Of a DNA stretch of 64,000 nucleotides, positions 21,386 through 30,651 are shown one piece after another. The stretch is from Alcanivorax profundi (GTDB taxonomy: Bacteria > Pseudomonadota > Gammaproteobacteria > Pseudomonadales > Alcanivoracaceae), in assembly GCF_003597125.1 (NCBI RefSeq), contig NZ_QYYA01000002.1:700156-764155 (forward strand). Direction: 5' to 3'. The position numbers and the translations under genes are program-made. The first letter of the stretch is position 1. Every line of letters begins with the position of its first letter. The notes beneath the pieces were generated by a model. The model searched no databases. It saw only the letters and a list, made by a program, of their open reading frames with translations, and was not told the DNA's origin.

Positions 21386-21917
21386 CCCGCTCTATCAGCG
21401 CTACCATGATGAAGAATGGGGCGTTCCGGAATATGACGATCAGACCCTGTTCGAGTGCCTGAATCTGGAAGGTGCCCAGGCGGGCCTCAGCTGGATCACG
21501 GTGCTGCGCAAGCGTGAGCACTATCGGCAGGTTTTTGATGGCTTCGATCCGGAAAAGATCGCCCGTTATGACGAGGCGAAGGTGGCTGCCTTGCTGGCGG
21601 ATCCCGGGATTATCCGCAATCGACTCAAGGTGGCGGCCACCATTGGCAATGCCCAGGCCTTTCTCGCCATGCGTGATCGCGGACAGAGCTTGTCAGGCTT
21701 TCTCTGGGATTTTGTCGACGGTACCCCGACGATCAACCATTTTGCGACGCTTGCCGAGGTGCCGGCCCTGACGCCCACCGCTGAAGCCATGAGCAAAGCC
21801 CTGAAAAAAGCCGGCTTCAAGTTCGTTGGCCCCACCATTGCCTATGCCTTCATGCAGGCGGTGGGCATGGTCAATGATCACCTCATCACCTGTCCGAGGC
21901 ACCGGGAGTTGTGCTGA
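21354..21917 (+). CDS. tag: DNA-3-methyladenine glycosylase I
   Basis: ORF 21123..21917. Start taken at MKDRCPWCGDDPLYQRYHDEEWGVPEYDD; the Cys/His Zn site and EGAQAGLSWITVL are typical of Tag. Confidence 0.88.
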   Translation: MKDRCPWCGDDPLYQRYHDEEWGVPEYDDQTLFECLNLEGAQAGLSWITVLRKREHYRQVFDGFDPEKIARYDEAKVAALLADPGIIRNRLKVAATIGNAQAFLAMRDRGQSLSGFLWDFVDGTPTINHFATLAEVPALTPTAEAMSKALKKAGFKFVGPTIAYAFMQAVGMVNDHLITCPRHRELC

Positions 21918-21994
21918 CGCAGGCCCAGGCAGAGGTCACAGAGAAAACCGCCTTTCCTACCCTAATCCCTGGGGTCTCTGCGGTAAATCGGCCT

Positions 21995-22075
21995 TTGAAA
22001 ACGCTGACAATCGCGCCGCCAGCGACGCGCCCACGGCAAGGGCGGTAGGAGAATTCAAACGGGCTTTCCCGAAAT
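21995..22075. repeat. Partial family A REP/MITE-like element
   Basis: caatcgcgccgccagcgacgcgcccac ... ggtaggaga. Confidence 0.5.
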
Positions 22076-22213
22076 ATGTGATGGACCCCCACACGGCCTT
22101 TCTTACGTCCTGTCTGCGAGAACAAAGTGGGAAACGACAAAGTTGGTACGCCCCTTGCTGAGTCCAAGGATGGAGAGTAGTCAAAGACAGGATGTCGTTC
22201 AGGGTACCCAGCA

Positions 22214-22942
22214 ATGAATAACAGCAAGCCCATCCTCATCATCAAGACCGGCAACACCTATCCCCAGATCAGCCAGCACTATGGGGACTTTGATCACTGG
22301 ATTCACGCGGGGCTTGGCAATAGCCCGGCTTCTGTAATCAGTGCCCACCAGGGTGAGCCGCTGCCCGAACCGACATCGTTGGCCGGGGTGGTGATCACCG
22401 GCTCCCACGCCATGGTCACAGAGCAAACTCCCTGGATGCGGACCCTGACCCACTGGCTTTATCGCCTGGTAAAGGATAGCCCGGCGATGCCGGTGCTGGG
22501 GTTGTGTTTTGGGCATCAACTGCTGGCCCATGCCCTGGGGGGGGAAGTGGCTGACAATCCGATGGGAATGGAGGTGGGGACTGTGCCCCTGCGGCTCACC
22601 GAGGCGGGGCATCACGATCCGTTATTGAGCGCCATCGTCGGGCATCCGTGGGCACAAGTGGTGCACAGGCAGTCAGTACTGACGCCGCCCCGGGGTGCCA
22701 CGGTGCTTGCCAGCAATGTGCATGACGCCTGTCAGGCCTTCCGGTACGGGGAGTGTGTCTGGGGGGTGCAGTTTCATCCCGAGTTCAGCGCTGATGTAAT
22801 GCGTGCCTACCTGCAGGCGTTGAGCGGTGACAGTCTTACCCAGCAGCAGGTGGATACCCATCTTCAGGATGTGCGGGAGTGTCAGGATGCCAGCAGCATC
22901 CTGGCCCGTTTCGCCCGCCTGACGTTGCCGCAGGTGGCGTAG
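22214..22942 (+). CDS. Class I glutamine amidotransferase-like protein
   Basis: The catalytic-triad context GLCFGHQLLAHALGG and HPEF is typical of GATase1 and GMP-synthase-like proteins. Confidence 0.75.
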   Translation: MNNSKPILIIKTGNTYPQISQHYGDFDHWIHAGLGNSPASVISAHQGEPLPEPTSLAGVVITGSHAMVTEQTPWMRTLTHWLYRLVKDSPAMPVLGLCFGHQLLAHALGGEVADNPMGMEVGTVPLRLTEAGHHDPLLSAIVGHPWAQVVHRQSVLTPPRGATVLASNVHDACQAFRYGECVWGVQFHPEFSADVMRAYLQALSGDSLTQQQVDTHLQDVRECQDASSILARFARLTLPQVA

Positions 22943-23072
22943 GAGCAAGCGACAAGCTTCAAGCTACAACGCGGTGGGTCTCGTCATTAAGCAGGCCGCC
23001 CTGCCCGTGCTCCTGATTCGGTCCGCGTAGGGCATTTCAGACACGATGAAGATTCCCGCGTTGTCGCTCGCG
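22939..23072. repeat. Family A REP/MITE-like element (a mosaic variant sharing aagcgacaagc..caagctacaa with the 5083 copy)
   Basis: Starts gtaggagcaagcgacaagcttcaagctacaacgcgg and ends ttgtcgctcgcgac. Confidence 0.55.
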
Positions 23073-23074
23073 AC

Positions 23075-23818
23075 TTATTCTGCCTGTTCACCGAACACCG
23101 CGCCGATCAGGGCACTGCCCTGCTGGAAGGGGTTCTGGCGGATCTGGGTTTCCTGCTCGCCGATGCGGGTGTAGAGCTGGTCCATGCTGGTGTCGATAAC
23201 GTACTTTTCCAGGTCCAGGTTCGGCTTGTTGGTAAGTGGTAACTTATCGTAGGCCGCCAGTAATGTCTGATATTGATCATAGAACCCGGTCTTGCGCAGG
23301 TTGTCTTCCACAATGGGTTCAAAACGCTGGCGCAGGCTGGCTTCCGTCTCCCCGCGGAAATAGGTGGTGGCTGCGGTGTCCCCGCCCTGAATAATGCCCA
23401 GGGCATCATCCACACTCATGGCATTGATGGCATTTTTGAACACCGGGGCGCCCGCCGCGACGGCCTTTTCTGCCCCCCGGTTCATGGCGGTTTCGAGCTG
23501 GTCTACATAACGGCCAAAGCCGAACTGACGCAGGGTGTTGGCCACTGGCTGGGCAGCGTCCGGCAGTTGCAGGTTCATGGCCCCTTCGCGGGACAGCTGG
23601 GCAGCAGCGGTATCGGTGCCCTTGATCAGGGCTTCCTTGATGCCGGTGACCAGCCGCGACTCGGTATCGTAACCGGCGTCCTTGGCCATCTGGTTGCCTG
23701 CGTTGACCCAGGGCATGACCGCTTCCATGTGCTGACACCCGGTCAGCGCCAGGACAAGCAACAGGGGGACAAGAGAAAGTCGTGTCTTCAAGGGAGTCTC
23801 CTTTGTTTTGGCGGACAT
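23075..23818 (-). CDS. DUF4197-like periplasmic lipoprotein
   Basis: ORF 23075..23869. Start taken at MSAKTKETPLKTRLSLVPLLLVLALTGC (lipobox LTGC). Confidence 0.65.
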   Translation of the reverse strand: MSAKTKETPLKTRLSLVPLLLVLALTGCQHMEAVMPWVNAGNQMAKDAGYDTESRLVTGIKEALIKGTDTAAAQLSREGAMNLQLPDAAQPVANTLRQFGFGRYVDQLETAMNRGAEKAVAAGAPVFKNAINAMSVDDALGIIQGGDTAATTYFRGETEASLRQRFEPIVEDNLRKTGFYDQYQTLLAAYDKLPLTNKPNLDLEKYVIDTSMDQLYTRIGEQETQIRQNPFQQGSALIGAVFGEQAE

Positions 23819-23854
23819 GCTACTGCACCCGTCCGGGCGGCTAAACTGTTCATT

Positions 23855-24008
23855 GAGTTGAAAGTTCAAAGTTCAAAGTGGAAAAGCGCGGAACAGGCAC
23901 CGCCTGATTTAAACCATGAACCTAGCGCCCCTAGCGGCAATCGCGGGCACGGCCTGGCATCCGGATCGGCTTGGCCCGCGTTTCAACTTTGAACTTTCAA
24001 CTTTACAC
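23855..24008. repeat. MITE-like element, family B, with about 30-bp terminal inverted repeats (gagttgaaagttcaaagttcaaagtg ... cgtttcaactttgaactttcaactttac)
   Basis: The two ends are near-perfect reverse complements. A second copy lies at 63229-63378. Confidence 0.7.
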
Positions 24009-24017
24009 TCGCTTTCC

Positions 24018-24650
24018 ATGACCGAAGACGATTACCGCGAACAACACAAGCAACGCCTCGCCTATATGCCCTGGCTGTATGCCCGGCTGAAACCGAAGCA
24101 TCGCGCCTGGGCCGAGCCGTGGCAGCAGGCCCTTCAGCAACGCTGGATGGCGCTGGAAACGGTGACATTTGGAACGGACTGTTTTGTGGCGCCGCAGGCG
24201 GTGCTGCTGGCAGAACCCGGTCGCGACATTATCGTCGGTGATGGCAGCCAAATCGCCGCAGATTGCGTCATTCACGGGCCGGTACGCCTGGGCCTAAATG
24301 TCAGTCTGAACCACCATGTGACTCTGGAAGGGGGGGCCGCCGGGGTGCATATCGGCGACGGCTCCCGTATTGCCGCTTACTGCACCTTTTATGCCTTCAA
24401 CCACGGTGTGCATGCAGACCGTCCGGTGCGCGAGCAGCCGGTCACGTCAAAGGGGATCCACATTGGCAAGGATGTCTGGGTGGGCGCCCGGGTCGGGATC
24501 GTGGACGGGGTGACTCTCGGGGATCACGCCGTGGTGGGGATGGGGGCCGTGGTTACCAAGGATGTACCCCCCTGGACCATCGTGGCGGGCAACCCTGCCC
24601 GGCCCATTGGCCGCCGGCCAGGTGCGCCCCCTGAACACCCCTCGACATAG
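24018..24650 (+). CDS. Hexapeptide-repeat (left-handed beta-helix) acetyltransferase
   Basis: ORF 23916..24650. Start taken at MTEDDYREQ. Repeated [LIV]G..xx[IV] hexapeptides (IVGDGSQIAADCVI, HIGDGSRIAAYC, HIGKDVWVGARVGIVDGVTLGDHAVVG). Confidence 0.75.
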   Translation: MTEDDYREQHKQRLAYMPWLYARLKPKHRAWAEPWQQALQQRWMALETVTFGTDCFVAPQAVLLAEPGRDIIVGDGSQIAADCVIHGPVRLGLNVSLNHHVTLEGGAAGVHIGDGSRIAAYCTFYAFNHGVHADRPVREQPVTSKGIHIGKDVWVGARVGIVDGVTLGDHAVVGMGAVVTKDVPPWTIVAGNPARPIGRRPGAPPEHPST

Positions 24651-24729
24651 CCGGTAACATCCTTCTTGTTGAACGACGTTTAGTTGTTTGGCATTTTAAT
24701 TGAACACCGTTAAACAAGAGGGTTTCACC

Positions 24730-25002
24730 ATGGATGAAAGTGCGATTCAACGACACTCCGGGGGCTGGCTTTTTTACGTCAAGGCGGCATTCGGGATCAG
24801 CCTGGGGTTGATGGTGCTGGGCATCGTCTGGTTACCCACTGACCTGTGGATCAAGGGCTACCTGGTGATGGGCATCATGTTTGTGGTCGGTTCCACCATC
24901 ACCCTTGCCAAGACCCTGCGCGATGACCATGAGGCCCGGCGTCTGATCAACCGGATCAGTGAGGCGAAGACGGAAAGATTGTTGAAGGAATACACCGACT
25001 GA
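24730..25002 (+). CDS. YiaA/YiaB two-helix family inner membrane protein
   Basis: ORF 24700..25002. ATG at 24730 with an AAGAGGG RBS; two TM helices (GISLGLMVLGIVWLP, GYLVMGIMFVVGSTITLA). Confidence 0.65.
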   Translation: MDESAIQRHSGGWLFYVKAAFGISLGLMVLGIVWLPTDLWIKGYLVMGIMFVVGSTITLAKTLRDDHEARRLINRISEAKTERLLKEYTD

Positions 25003-25039
25003 AACCGGTCGAATGTCAGATGTGAATAAGGAGAACACC

Positions 25040-25726
25040 ATGGCAACAGCGTGGAACAAACTGAAAACCCTGATGCGAGGCCAGGCCCGTATCAGCATGG
25101 AGCAGATCGTCAACGCCAATGACATGCTGCTGCTGGACCAGCAGCTGTATGAAACCGAGCAATCCCTGCGTGACGCGCGCCGTCAATTGGCAAGGCTGAT
25201 GGCGGAAGAGAAACTGAATCAGCGCCGTGCCGATGAGTTGAGCAGACAGAGTCGGCACTATGAGGAGGGGGCTCGCCAGGCCCTGGCGGCAGAGAATGAT
25301 GTCCTGGCATTGGATATCGGCAAGCGTCTGGCGGATCTGGAGCAACAGCAAAGCCGCCTTGCCCGGCAAGGCGTGACGCTGGAGCAACAGAAAACCGAGT
25401 TTCAGGCGTTTATCAAACAGGCAGCAGATACCCTGAAAACCCTGCGCCAGGAGCAATCCATGGCGCGCAGCCAGGAAACCCTGTTTGGAGAATCCCGGCA
25501 ACGCCATCAAGACCAGCGCGGTCTGGCGCAGCGACTGTGCGACAGCCAGCACACCCTGCAGCAGATTCAGCAACGACAGGAAGAATGTCGCCTGTTGTGG
25601 CAGAGTGAAGCGCAGTTACAAGGGGATCGCCTGGGCGACAGCCTGGACCAGCGCATGGCGGAAGCGGGGATCGGCGATCACCAGAGCCGTCGGGCAGAAG
25701 AGATTCTGGCTGGGTTGAAAAGCTGA
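25040..25726 (+). CDS. PspA/IM30 family protein
   Basis: ORF 25013..25726. Start at MATAWNKLKTLMRGQA with an AGGAGA RBS; extended coiled coil typical of PspA and LiaH. Confidence 0.75.
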   Translation: MATAWNKLKTLMRGQARISMEQIVNANDMLLLDQQLYETEQSLRDARRQLARLMAEEKLNQRRADELSRQSRHYEEGARQALAAENDVLALDIGKRLADLEQQQSRLARQGVTLEQQKTEFQAFIKQAADTLKTLRQEQSMARSQETLFGESRQRHQDQRGLAQRLCDSQHTLQQIQQRQEECRLLWQSEAQLQGDRLGDSLDQRMAEAGIGDHQSRRAEEILAGLKS

Positions 25727-25935
25727 TTTTTACCACAGAGAACACAGCGTTCACCGAGAAAGACGTTTCGCAAAGCCTGCCAGGAATCTCCCGTGGGAGC
25801 GGTGGTTCCACCGCGATACTTCGGCCCGGACGCCTTCGCGGTCGAACGGCCGCTCCCACAGGGTGTATGGGTTTCCTCTGCGCCCTCTGTGGCAAACGGC
25901 CTTAAAGGTGTTATGCGAGTTAATAAGGAGTTGCT

Positions 25936-26532
25936 GTGGCACGTCGTAACCAACACAGCCGTGAAGAATTGCAGGCGCTGGCAATACAGGCGGTACGGGA
26001 CCTTGTGGCTGAACACGGGTTGGAGAAACTCAGTGTGCGCAAGGTGGCAGAGCGCATCGGTTATACCGCCGGCATGCTTTACCATGTGTTCGCCAATCTG
26101 GATGATCTGATTCTGCAGGCCAATGCGGATACCCTGGCGCAGCTGCTTGAGGCGATGATTGATTGCCCGTCGCCTGAGGCTCGTGAGCAATTGCAACATA
26201 TGGCCCAGGTCTATGTGTCCATGGCACAGGACCACACGCCGCTGTGGAAGATGGTATTCATGCATCAAATGCAGAATGCTGCGGAGGTTCCCGAGTGGTA
26301 TCAGAAAAAGACGGCGGCCCTCTTTCGTGAGGTGGAGGTCCGCATGGCAAAACTGGCCGAGCGGCACGACACTGCACAGATTCATCTGGCCGCCAGGACG
26401 TTATGGGGAAGTGTGCACGGCATTGCCTTGCTGGCAGCGGATGACAAGCTGGTGGTCGCCGGGGATGTCAATGCGCAGGCGATGATCGAATCGTTATTGC
26501 AGCATTATCTGAATAGTTGGGCGGAGGCATAG
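25936..26532 (+). CDS. TetR/AcrR family transcriptional regulator
   Basis: GTG start with a TAAGGAG RBS; the HTH LSVRKVAERIGYTAGMLYHVFAN is the TetR N-terminal signature. Confidence 0.8.
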   Translation: MARRNQHSREELQALAIQAVRDLVAEHGLEKLSVRKVAERIGYTAGMLYHVFANLDDLILQANADTLAQLLEAMIDCPSPEAREQLQHMAQVYVSMAQDHTPLWKMVFMHQMQNAAEVPEWYQKKTAALFREVEVRMAKLAERHDTAQIHLAARTLWGSVHGIALLAADDKLVVAGDVNAQAMIESLLQHYLNSWAEA

Positions 26533-26590
26533 TTTAAATTTTGAACGTTAAACTCAGCCCTTCCCTACCAAGGAAGAAAAAGGCGAAAAA

Positions 26591-28462
26591 ATGAAAAAAG
26601 GGTTGTTCTCTCTGCTGGCGTCACGCCGTTTCGGGCCGTTCTTTTTTACCCAGTTTTTAGGGGCCTTTAATGACAATGTGTTCCGCCAGGCGCTGATCCT
26701 GCTGATTGCCTCCGGTGTGGTGACAGGCCTTAGTGTGAACACCCTGAACAATGTGGCCCTCGCGCTGTTTATCCTGCCATTCTTCCTGTTCTCGGCACTG
26801 GCCGGCCAGGTGGCCGACAAATACGACAAGGCCAGCCTGGTGCGCAAAATCAAGTTCGTTGAGGTCTGCATCATGTCCGCGGCGGCGGTGGGTTTCTTCT
26901 TCGACGCGGTGTATTTTCTGCTGGCCGTGCTGTTCTGCATGGGGCTGCAGTCCACCTTCTTTGGCCCGATCAAATACTCCATCATTCCCCAGCATCTGGA
27001 TGACAAGGAACTGGTCTCCGGCAATGCACTGGTAGAAATGGGCACCTTTCTGGCCATTTTGCTCGGCTCCATTTCCGGCGTGCTGCTGAAGATGGAAGGG
27101 GTCGGCGATGGGGTGGTGGCCGTGGCAGTCATCGGGCTGGCAGTGTTGGGCTATCTGGCGGCCCGGGGAATTCCCTCCGCTCCGGCGGCGGATGGCGAAC
27201 TGAAACTGAACTGGAATCTGTTCAAGGAAACCTGGCATATCGTTGGCTACGCCCGCGAAGTGAAATCGGTGTGGATGTGTGTGTTGGGGATCTCCTGGTT
27301 CTGGTTTCTCGGGGCGGCCTATACCACTCAGCTGAAAGTGTACGTGGATGATTATCTGCTCGGCACCGATGGTCTCTATGCGCTGTTGTTGGGAACTTTC
27401 TCCATCGGCATCGGGCTGGGCTCGTTCCTGTGTGAAAAACTGTCCGGCAAGCGGGTGGAGTTGGGGCTGGTTCCTTTGGGCTCCATCGGCCTGAGTGTGT
27501 TTGGTATCGACCTGTTTTTCTCCTATGCCGGTCTTGCCGGTACGGGGCAGGTAGATATCGCGGGCTTCCTGCAGCAGGCAGGCGGCTACCGTGTGCTGCT
27601 CGACCTGCTCGGTATTGGTGTGTTCGGCGGGTTCTACATCGTGCCGCTGTTTGCGTTTATCCAGCACCGCGCCAACCCGAAACACTTGTCGCGGATCATT
27701 GCTGCCAACAACATCATCAACGCCCTGTTGATGGTCCTTTCGGCGGTGGCGGGCATCGTGCTGATCGGTTTTCTGGAGCTCACGGTTCCGCAGTTTTTCC
27801 TGGCGCTGGCCATTACCAATGTACTGGTGGCGAGCTATATCTACAGCGTCGTGCCGGAGTTCCTGATACGCCTGTTGGTGTGGATGCTTACCCACACCCT
27901 GTACCGGGTGAAGCATGAGGGGATGGACAACATTCCTGAAGAAGGCCCATGCATGCTGGTGTGTAACCATGTGAGTTACGTGGATGCATTGCTGCTGGCC
28001 GGGGCGATCCGTCGCCCGGTGCGTTTTGTGATGTTCAAACCGATTTATGACATGCCGCTGTTGAACTACATCTTCCGCACCGGCAAAACCATTCCCATCG
28101 ATTCCAAAACCCGTAACCCGGCCATTTACGAACAGGCGTTTGTGCGTATCCGCGAAGAGCTGGCCGCTGGCGAGGTCGTGTGCATCTTCCCGGAGGGCAA
28201 ACTCACCAGTGACGGCGAGATTGACGAATTCCGTGCCGGTATCGAGAAGATCGTCGGCGAGACGCCGGTACCGGTGGTTCCCATGGCACTGTCCGGACTG
28301 TGGGGGAGCTTCTTCAGTCACAAGGGAGGCAAGGCGCTTACCCGCCTGCCAAGCCGCTTCTGGTCACGGATCAAACTGGCGGTGGGACACCCGGTGGCGC
28401 CAGAACAGGTTGATGCCACGGATTTGCGAACCCGGGTGCTGGCCCTGCGTGAGCGCCCCTGA
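26591..28462 (+). CDS. Fused lysophospholipid transporter (MFS) and 2-acylglycerophosphoethanolamine acyltransferase (LplT–Aas-like)
   Basis: 623 aa. The N-terminal region has about 12 TM helices typical of an MFS transporter; the C-terminal region has the acyltransferase motif NHVSYVD plus FPEGKLT. Confidence 0.8.
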   Translation: MKKGLFSLLASRRFGPFFFTQFLGAFNDNVFRQALILLIASGVVTGLSVNTLNNVALALFILPFFLFSALAGQVADKYDKASLVRKIKFVEVCIMSAAAVGFFFDAVYFLLAVLFCMGLQSTFFGPIKYSIIPQHLDDKELVSGNALVEMGTFLAILLGSISGVLLKMEGVGDGVVAVAVIGLAVLGYLAARGIPSAPAADGELKLNWNLFKETWHIVGYAREVKSVWMCVLGISWFWFLGAAYTTQLKVYVDDYLLGTDGLYALLLGTFSIGIGLGSFLCEKLSGKRVELGLVPLGSIGLSVFGIDLFFSYAGLAGTGQVDIAGFLQQAGGYRVLLDLLGIGVFGGFYIVPLFAFIQHRANPKHLSRIIAANNIINALLMVLSAVAGIVLIGFLELTVPQFFLALAITNVLVASYIYSVVPEFLIRLLVWMLTHTLYRVKHEGMDNIPEEGPCMLVCNHVSYVDALLLAGAIRRPVRFVMFKPIYDMPLLNYIFRTGKTIPIDSKTRNPAIYEQAFVRIREELAAGEVVCIFPEGKLTSDGEIDEFRAGIEKIVGETPVPVVPMALSGLWGSFFSHKGGKALTRLPSRFWSRIKLAVGHPVAPEQVDATDLRTRVLALRERP

Positions 28463-28589
28463 GGCCACAGCGGCAGTGCAGGTTGCGCAAAGCATACGGA
28501 CGGTAACTTGCGAATTGGCCAAAACCCCGGACACTCGACAATAATAGTGGGTCTGTAACCCCTCACCACAATAACAACAGGGATTCAGC

Positions 28590-29264
28590 GTGTCAGAATC
28601 TTCCTTGTCGCCCGCCGGACTGCGGGCGCGCCTCCAGCAGTTGCTGCTGCAACTGCCCCCGGTTCAACGGGCGGATGCCCGTTTTCATCAGGTCGAGCAT
28701 GATGTGCTCCAGACCCTGAAGCAGCGTCTTGAAGCGCTGGAGACCCCTGGCGAATTGGCCGGCCCCCCGGAGAACCTGCATCAGCTGTTGGATGTGTCCC
28801 TGGAGCAAAGCCGTGATCAGGCGGAAGACATGCTGGTGCGCCAGTTGCTGGCCGGGCTGACCGCCGATGAGGTGCGTATTCTGGCTGCACTGTCTGATGG
28901 CAGCGCGTTTCCCATGCTGGCCCTGTACAGCGGAGGCCGGTTTTCCCGTGGCCAAATCCTGTTCCGTCATTCCAACGTGGGTCGTGCCGCCGGAATTCAA
29001 TGCACCGACATGATTGGCACCTACCTGCAGCGGTTGTTCAGCCAGGGTTGGGTGATTGCTACCGGTTTTGAAGAAGCCAACCGGACTGACTATGAATTGC
29101 TGGAAGGCGACAGCGGTTTCCGCCGCGCTATGTCCGGGCTACAGACGCACTGGCCGAAAGTGAAACCTCACCGGGAAACCCTGCGGCTCGGGCCCATGGG
29201 TCAACAGATGTGGGCCCTGCTCAGTCAGCCGGCTGAGGCGGATCTGTCAGGCGATGAGGAGTAA
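28590..29264 (+). CDS. Hypothetical acidic, helical protein (224 aa), tightly linked upstream of the DUF445 gene
   Basis: No recognisable motifs. 3-nt gap to the next gene. Confidence 0.55.
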   Translation: MSESSLSPAGLRARLQQLLLQLPPVQRADARFHQVEHDVLQTLKQRLEALETPGELAGPPENLHQLLDVSLEQSRDQAEDMLVRQLLAGLTADEVRILAALSDGSAFPMLALYSGGRFSRGQILFRHSNVGRAAGIQCTDMIGTYLQRLFSQGWVIATGFEEANRTDYELLEGDSGFRRAMSGLQTHWPKVKPHRETLRLGPMGQQMWALLSQPAEADLSGDEE

Positions 29265-29267
29265 GGC

Positions 29268-30524
29268 GTGATTACCGATATCGACCTGATTCTCGCAGAC
29301 ATCCAGGCCAACTGGTTGTTGTATCTGTCCATGCCCTTCGTGGCCGCGGCGATTGGTTATGGCACCAAGGTGGTGGCCATCAAGATGATGTTCAAGCCGC
29401 TCAGCTTTATGGGTATCCGCCCGTTTCTGGGCTGGCAGGGCATTGTTCCGCGCAAGGCGGCCACCATGGCCAGCATCGCCTGTGACCTGATGATGGAACG
29501 GCTGCTCAAGCCGGAGGATGTTTTCAACAAGCTCGACCCGCATCGGGTGGCGGAAGAAATTCGCGATCCGCTGATTCGCTCGGTGGACGACATCACCCGT
29601 CAGGTTGCGGCGGAGTACCAGCCGGGCCTGTGGGAGTCTGCTCCGGAATCGGTGAAACGGCTGGTGATTCAGCGCATCCAGAAAGAAGCCCCGCACATGG
29701 TCGAGCAGATCATGGAGGATATCAAAAGCAATATTCACCGGGTGTTCGACCTCAAGGATCTGGTCATCAATGCCCTGGTGCGGGACAAGGAACTGCTCAA
29801 CCGGGTGTTCCTGGAAGCCGGTCATGTGGAGTTCAAGTTTATCCGCAATTCCGGTATCTGGTTTGGGTTTGCCATCGGTATTGTTCAGGCCGTGGTCTGG
29901 GCCTTGACCCATAATGTCTGGGTGATTCCGCTGTTTGGGTTGTTCACCGGCTGGTTCACCGACTGGCTGGCACTGAAGATGATCTTCAATCCCAAGCAAC
30001 CGGTGCGCTACCTGGGGTTGTTTGAATGGCAGGGCCTGTTCCTGAAACGGCGCAAACAGGTGGCCGCCCGTTACGGCGAACTGGTGGCCAGCGAGATTGT
30101 CACCCCGGCGGCGGTGATCGAGGCTATCCTCAAAGGGCCGCTGTCGGACCGCTTGTTTGGCCTGGTACAAAAACAGGTACAACGCACCCTGGACGAACAG
30201 GCTGGTCTGGCCAAGCCGCTGGTGGTGTTTGCGGTGGGCAGCACCAAATACCAGGAAATGAAACGGTCGGTGGCCGACAAGGTGATGGAAGCGTTGCCGG
30301 AAACCCTGAGCCACATGGAAGCCTATGCCGAAGAAGCCATGGACCTGAAGAACCTGTTGGTCAACAAGATGCAGGAGCTAACCGAGGAAGAATTCGAGGG
30401 ACTGCTACGGCCGGCTTTTCAACAGGACGAGTGGATTCTGATTACCGTCGGCGCGTTGCTGGGGTTCCTGGTCGGAGAGATGCAGGTGCATGTAATGCTG
30501 CACTTTGCGGTGCCGGTGGCGTGA
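29268..30524 (+). CDS. DUF445 (YjiN/YheB-like) membrane protein
   Basis: GTG start with a GAGGAGTAAGGC RBS. The architecture, with N- and C-terminal TM segments and a central soluble region, matches the DUF445 family. Confidence 0.7.
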   Translation: MITDIDLILADIQANWLLYLSMPFVAAAIGYGTKVVAIKMMFKPLSFMGIRPFLGWQGIVPRKAATMASIACDLMMERLLKPEDVFNKLDPHRVAEEIRDPLIRSVDDITRQVAAEYQPGLWESAPESVKRLVIQRIQKEAPHMVEQIMEDIKSNIHRVFDLKDLVINALVRDKELLNRVFLEAGHVEFKFIRNSGIWFGFAIGIVQAVVWALTHNVWVIPLFGLFTGWFTDWLALKMIFNPKQPVRYLGLFEWQGLFLKRRKQVAARYGELVASEIVTPAAVIEAILKGPLSDRLFGLVQKQVQRTLDEQAGLAKPLVVFAVGSTKYQEMKRSVADKVMEALPETLSHMEAYAEEAMDLKNLLVNKMQELTEEEFEGLLRPAFQQDEWILITVGALLGFLVGEMQVHVMLHFAVPVA

Positions 30525-30651
30525 CGGTCCTGCAGCAGCCTGGCAGGCCGTTGCGGTTAGGGCAGTAAGAGCGGAGGCAATGCAGGTCCATATTGTCTGC
30601 ACATTTGGCTGACAGTATCTTGAATTTGAACCGTCAATCAGGAGCAAGCCA

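Noticed and set aside
26657-28321. 554-aa ORF on the minus strand
   Set aside because: Antisense within the lplT-aas fusion gene.
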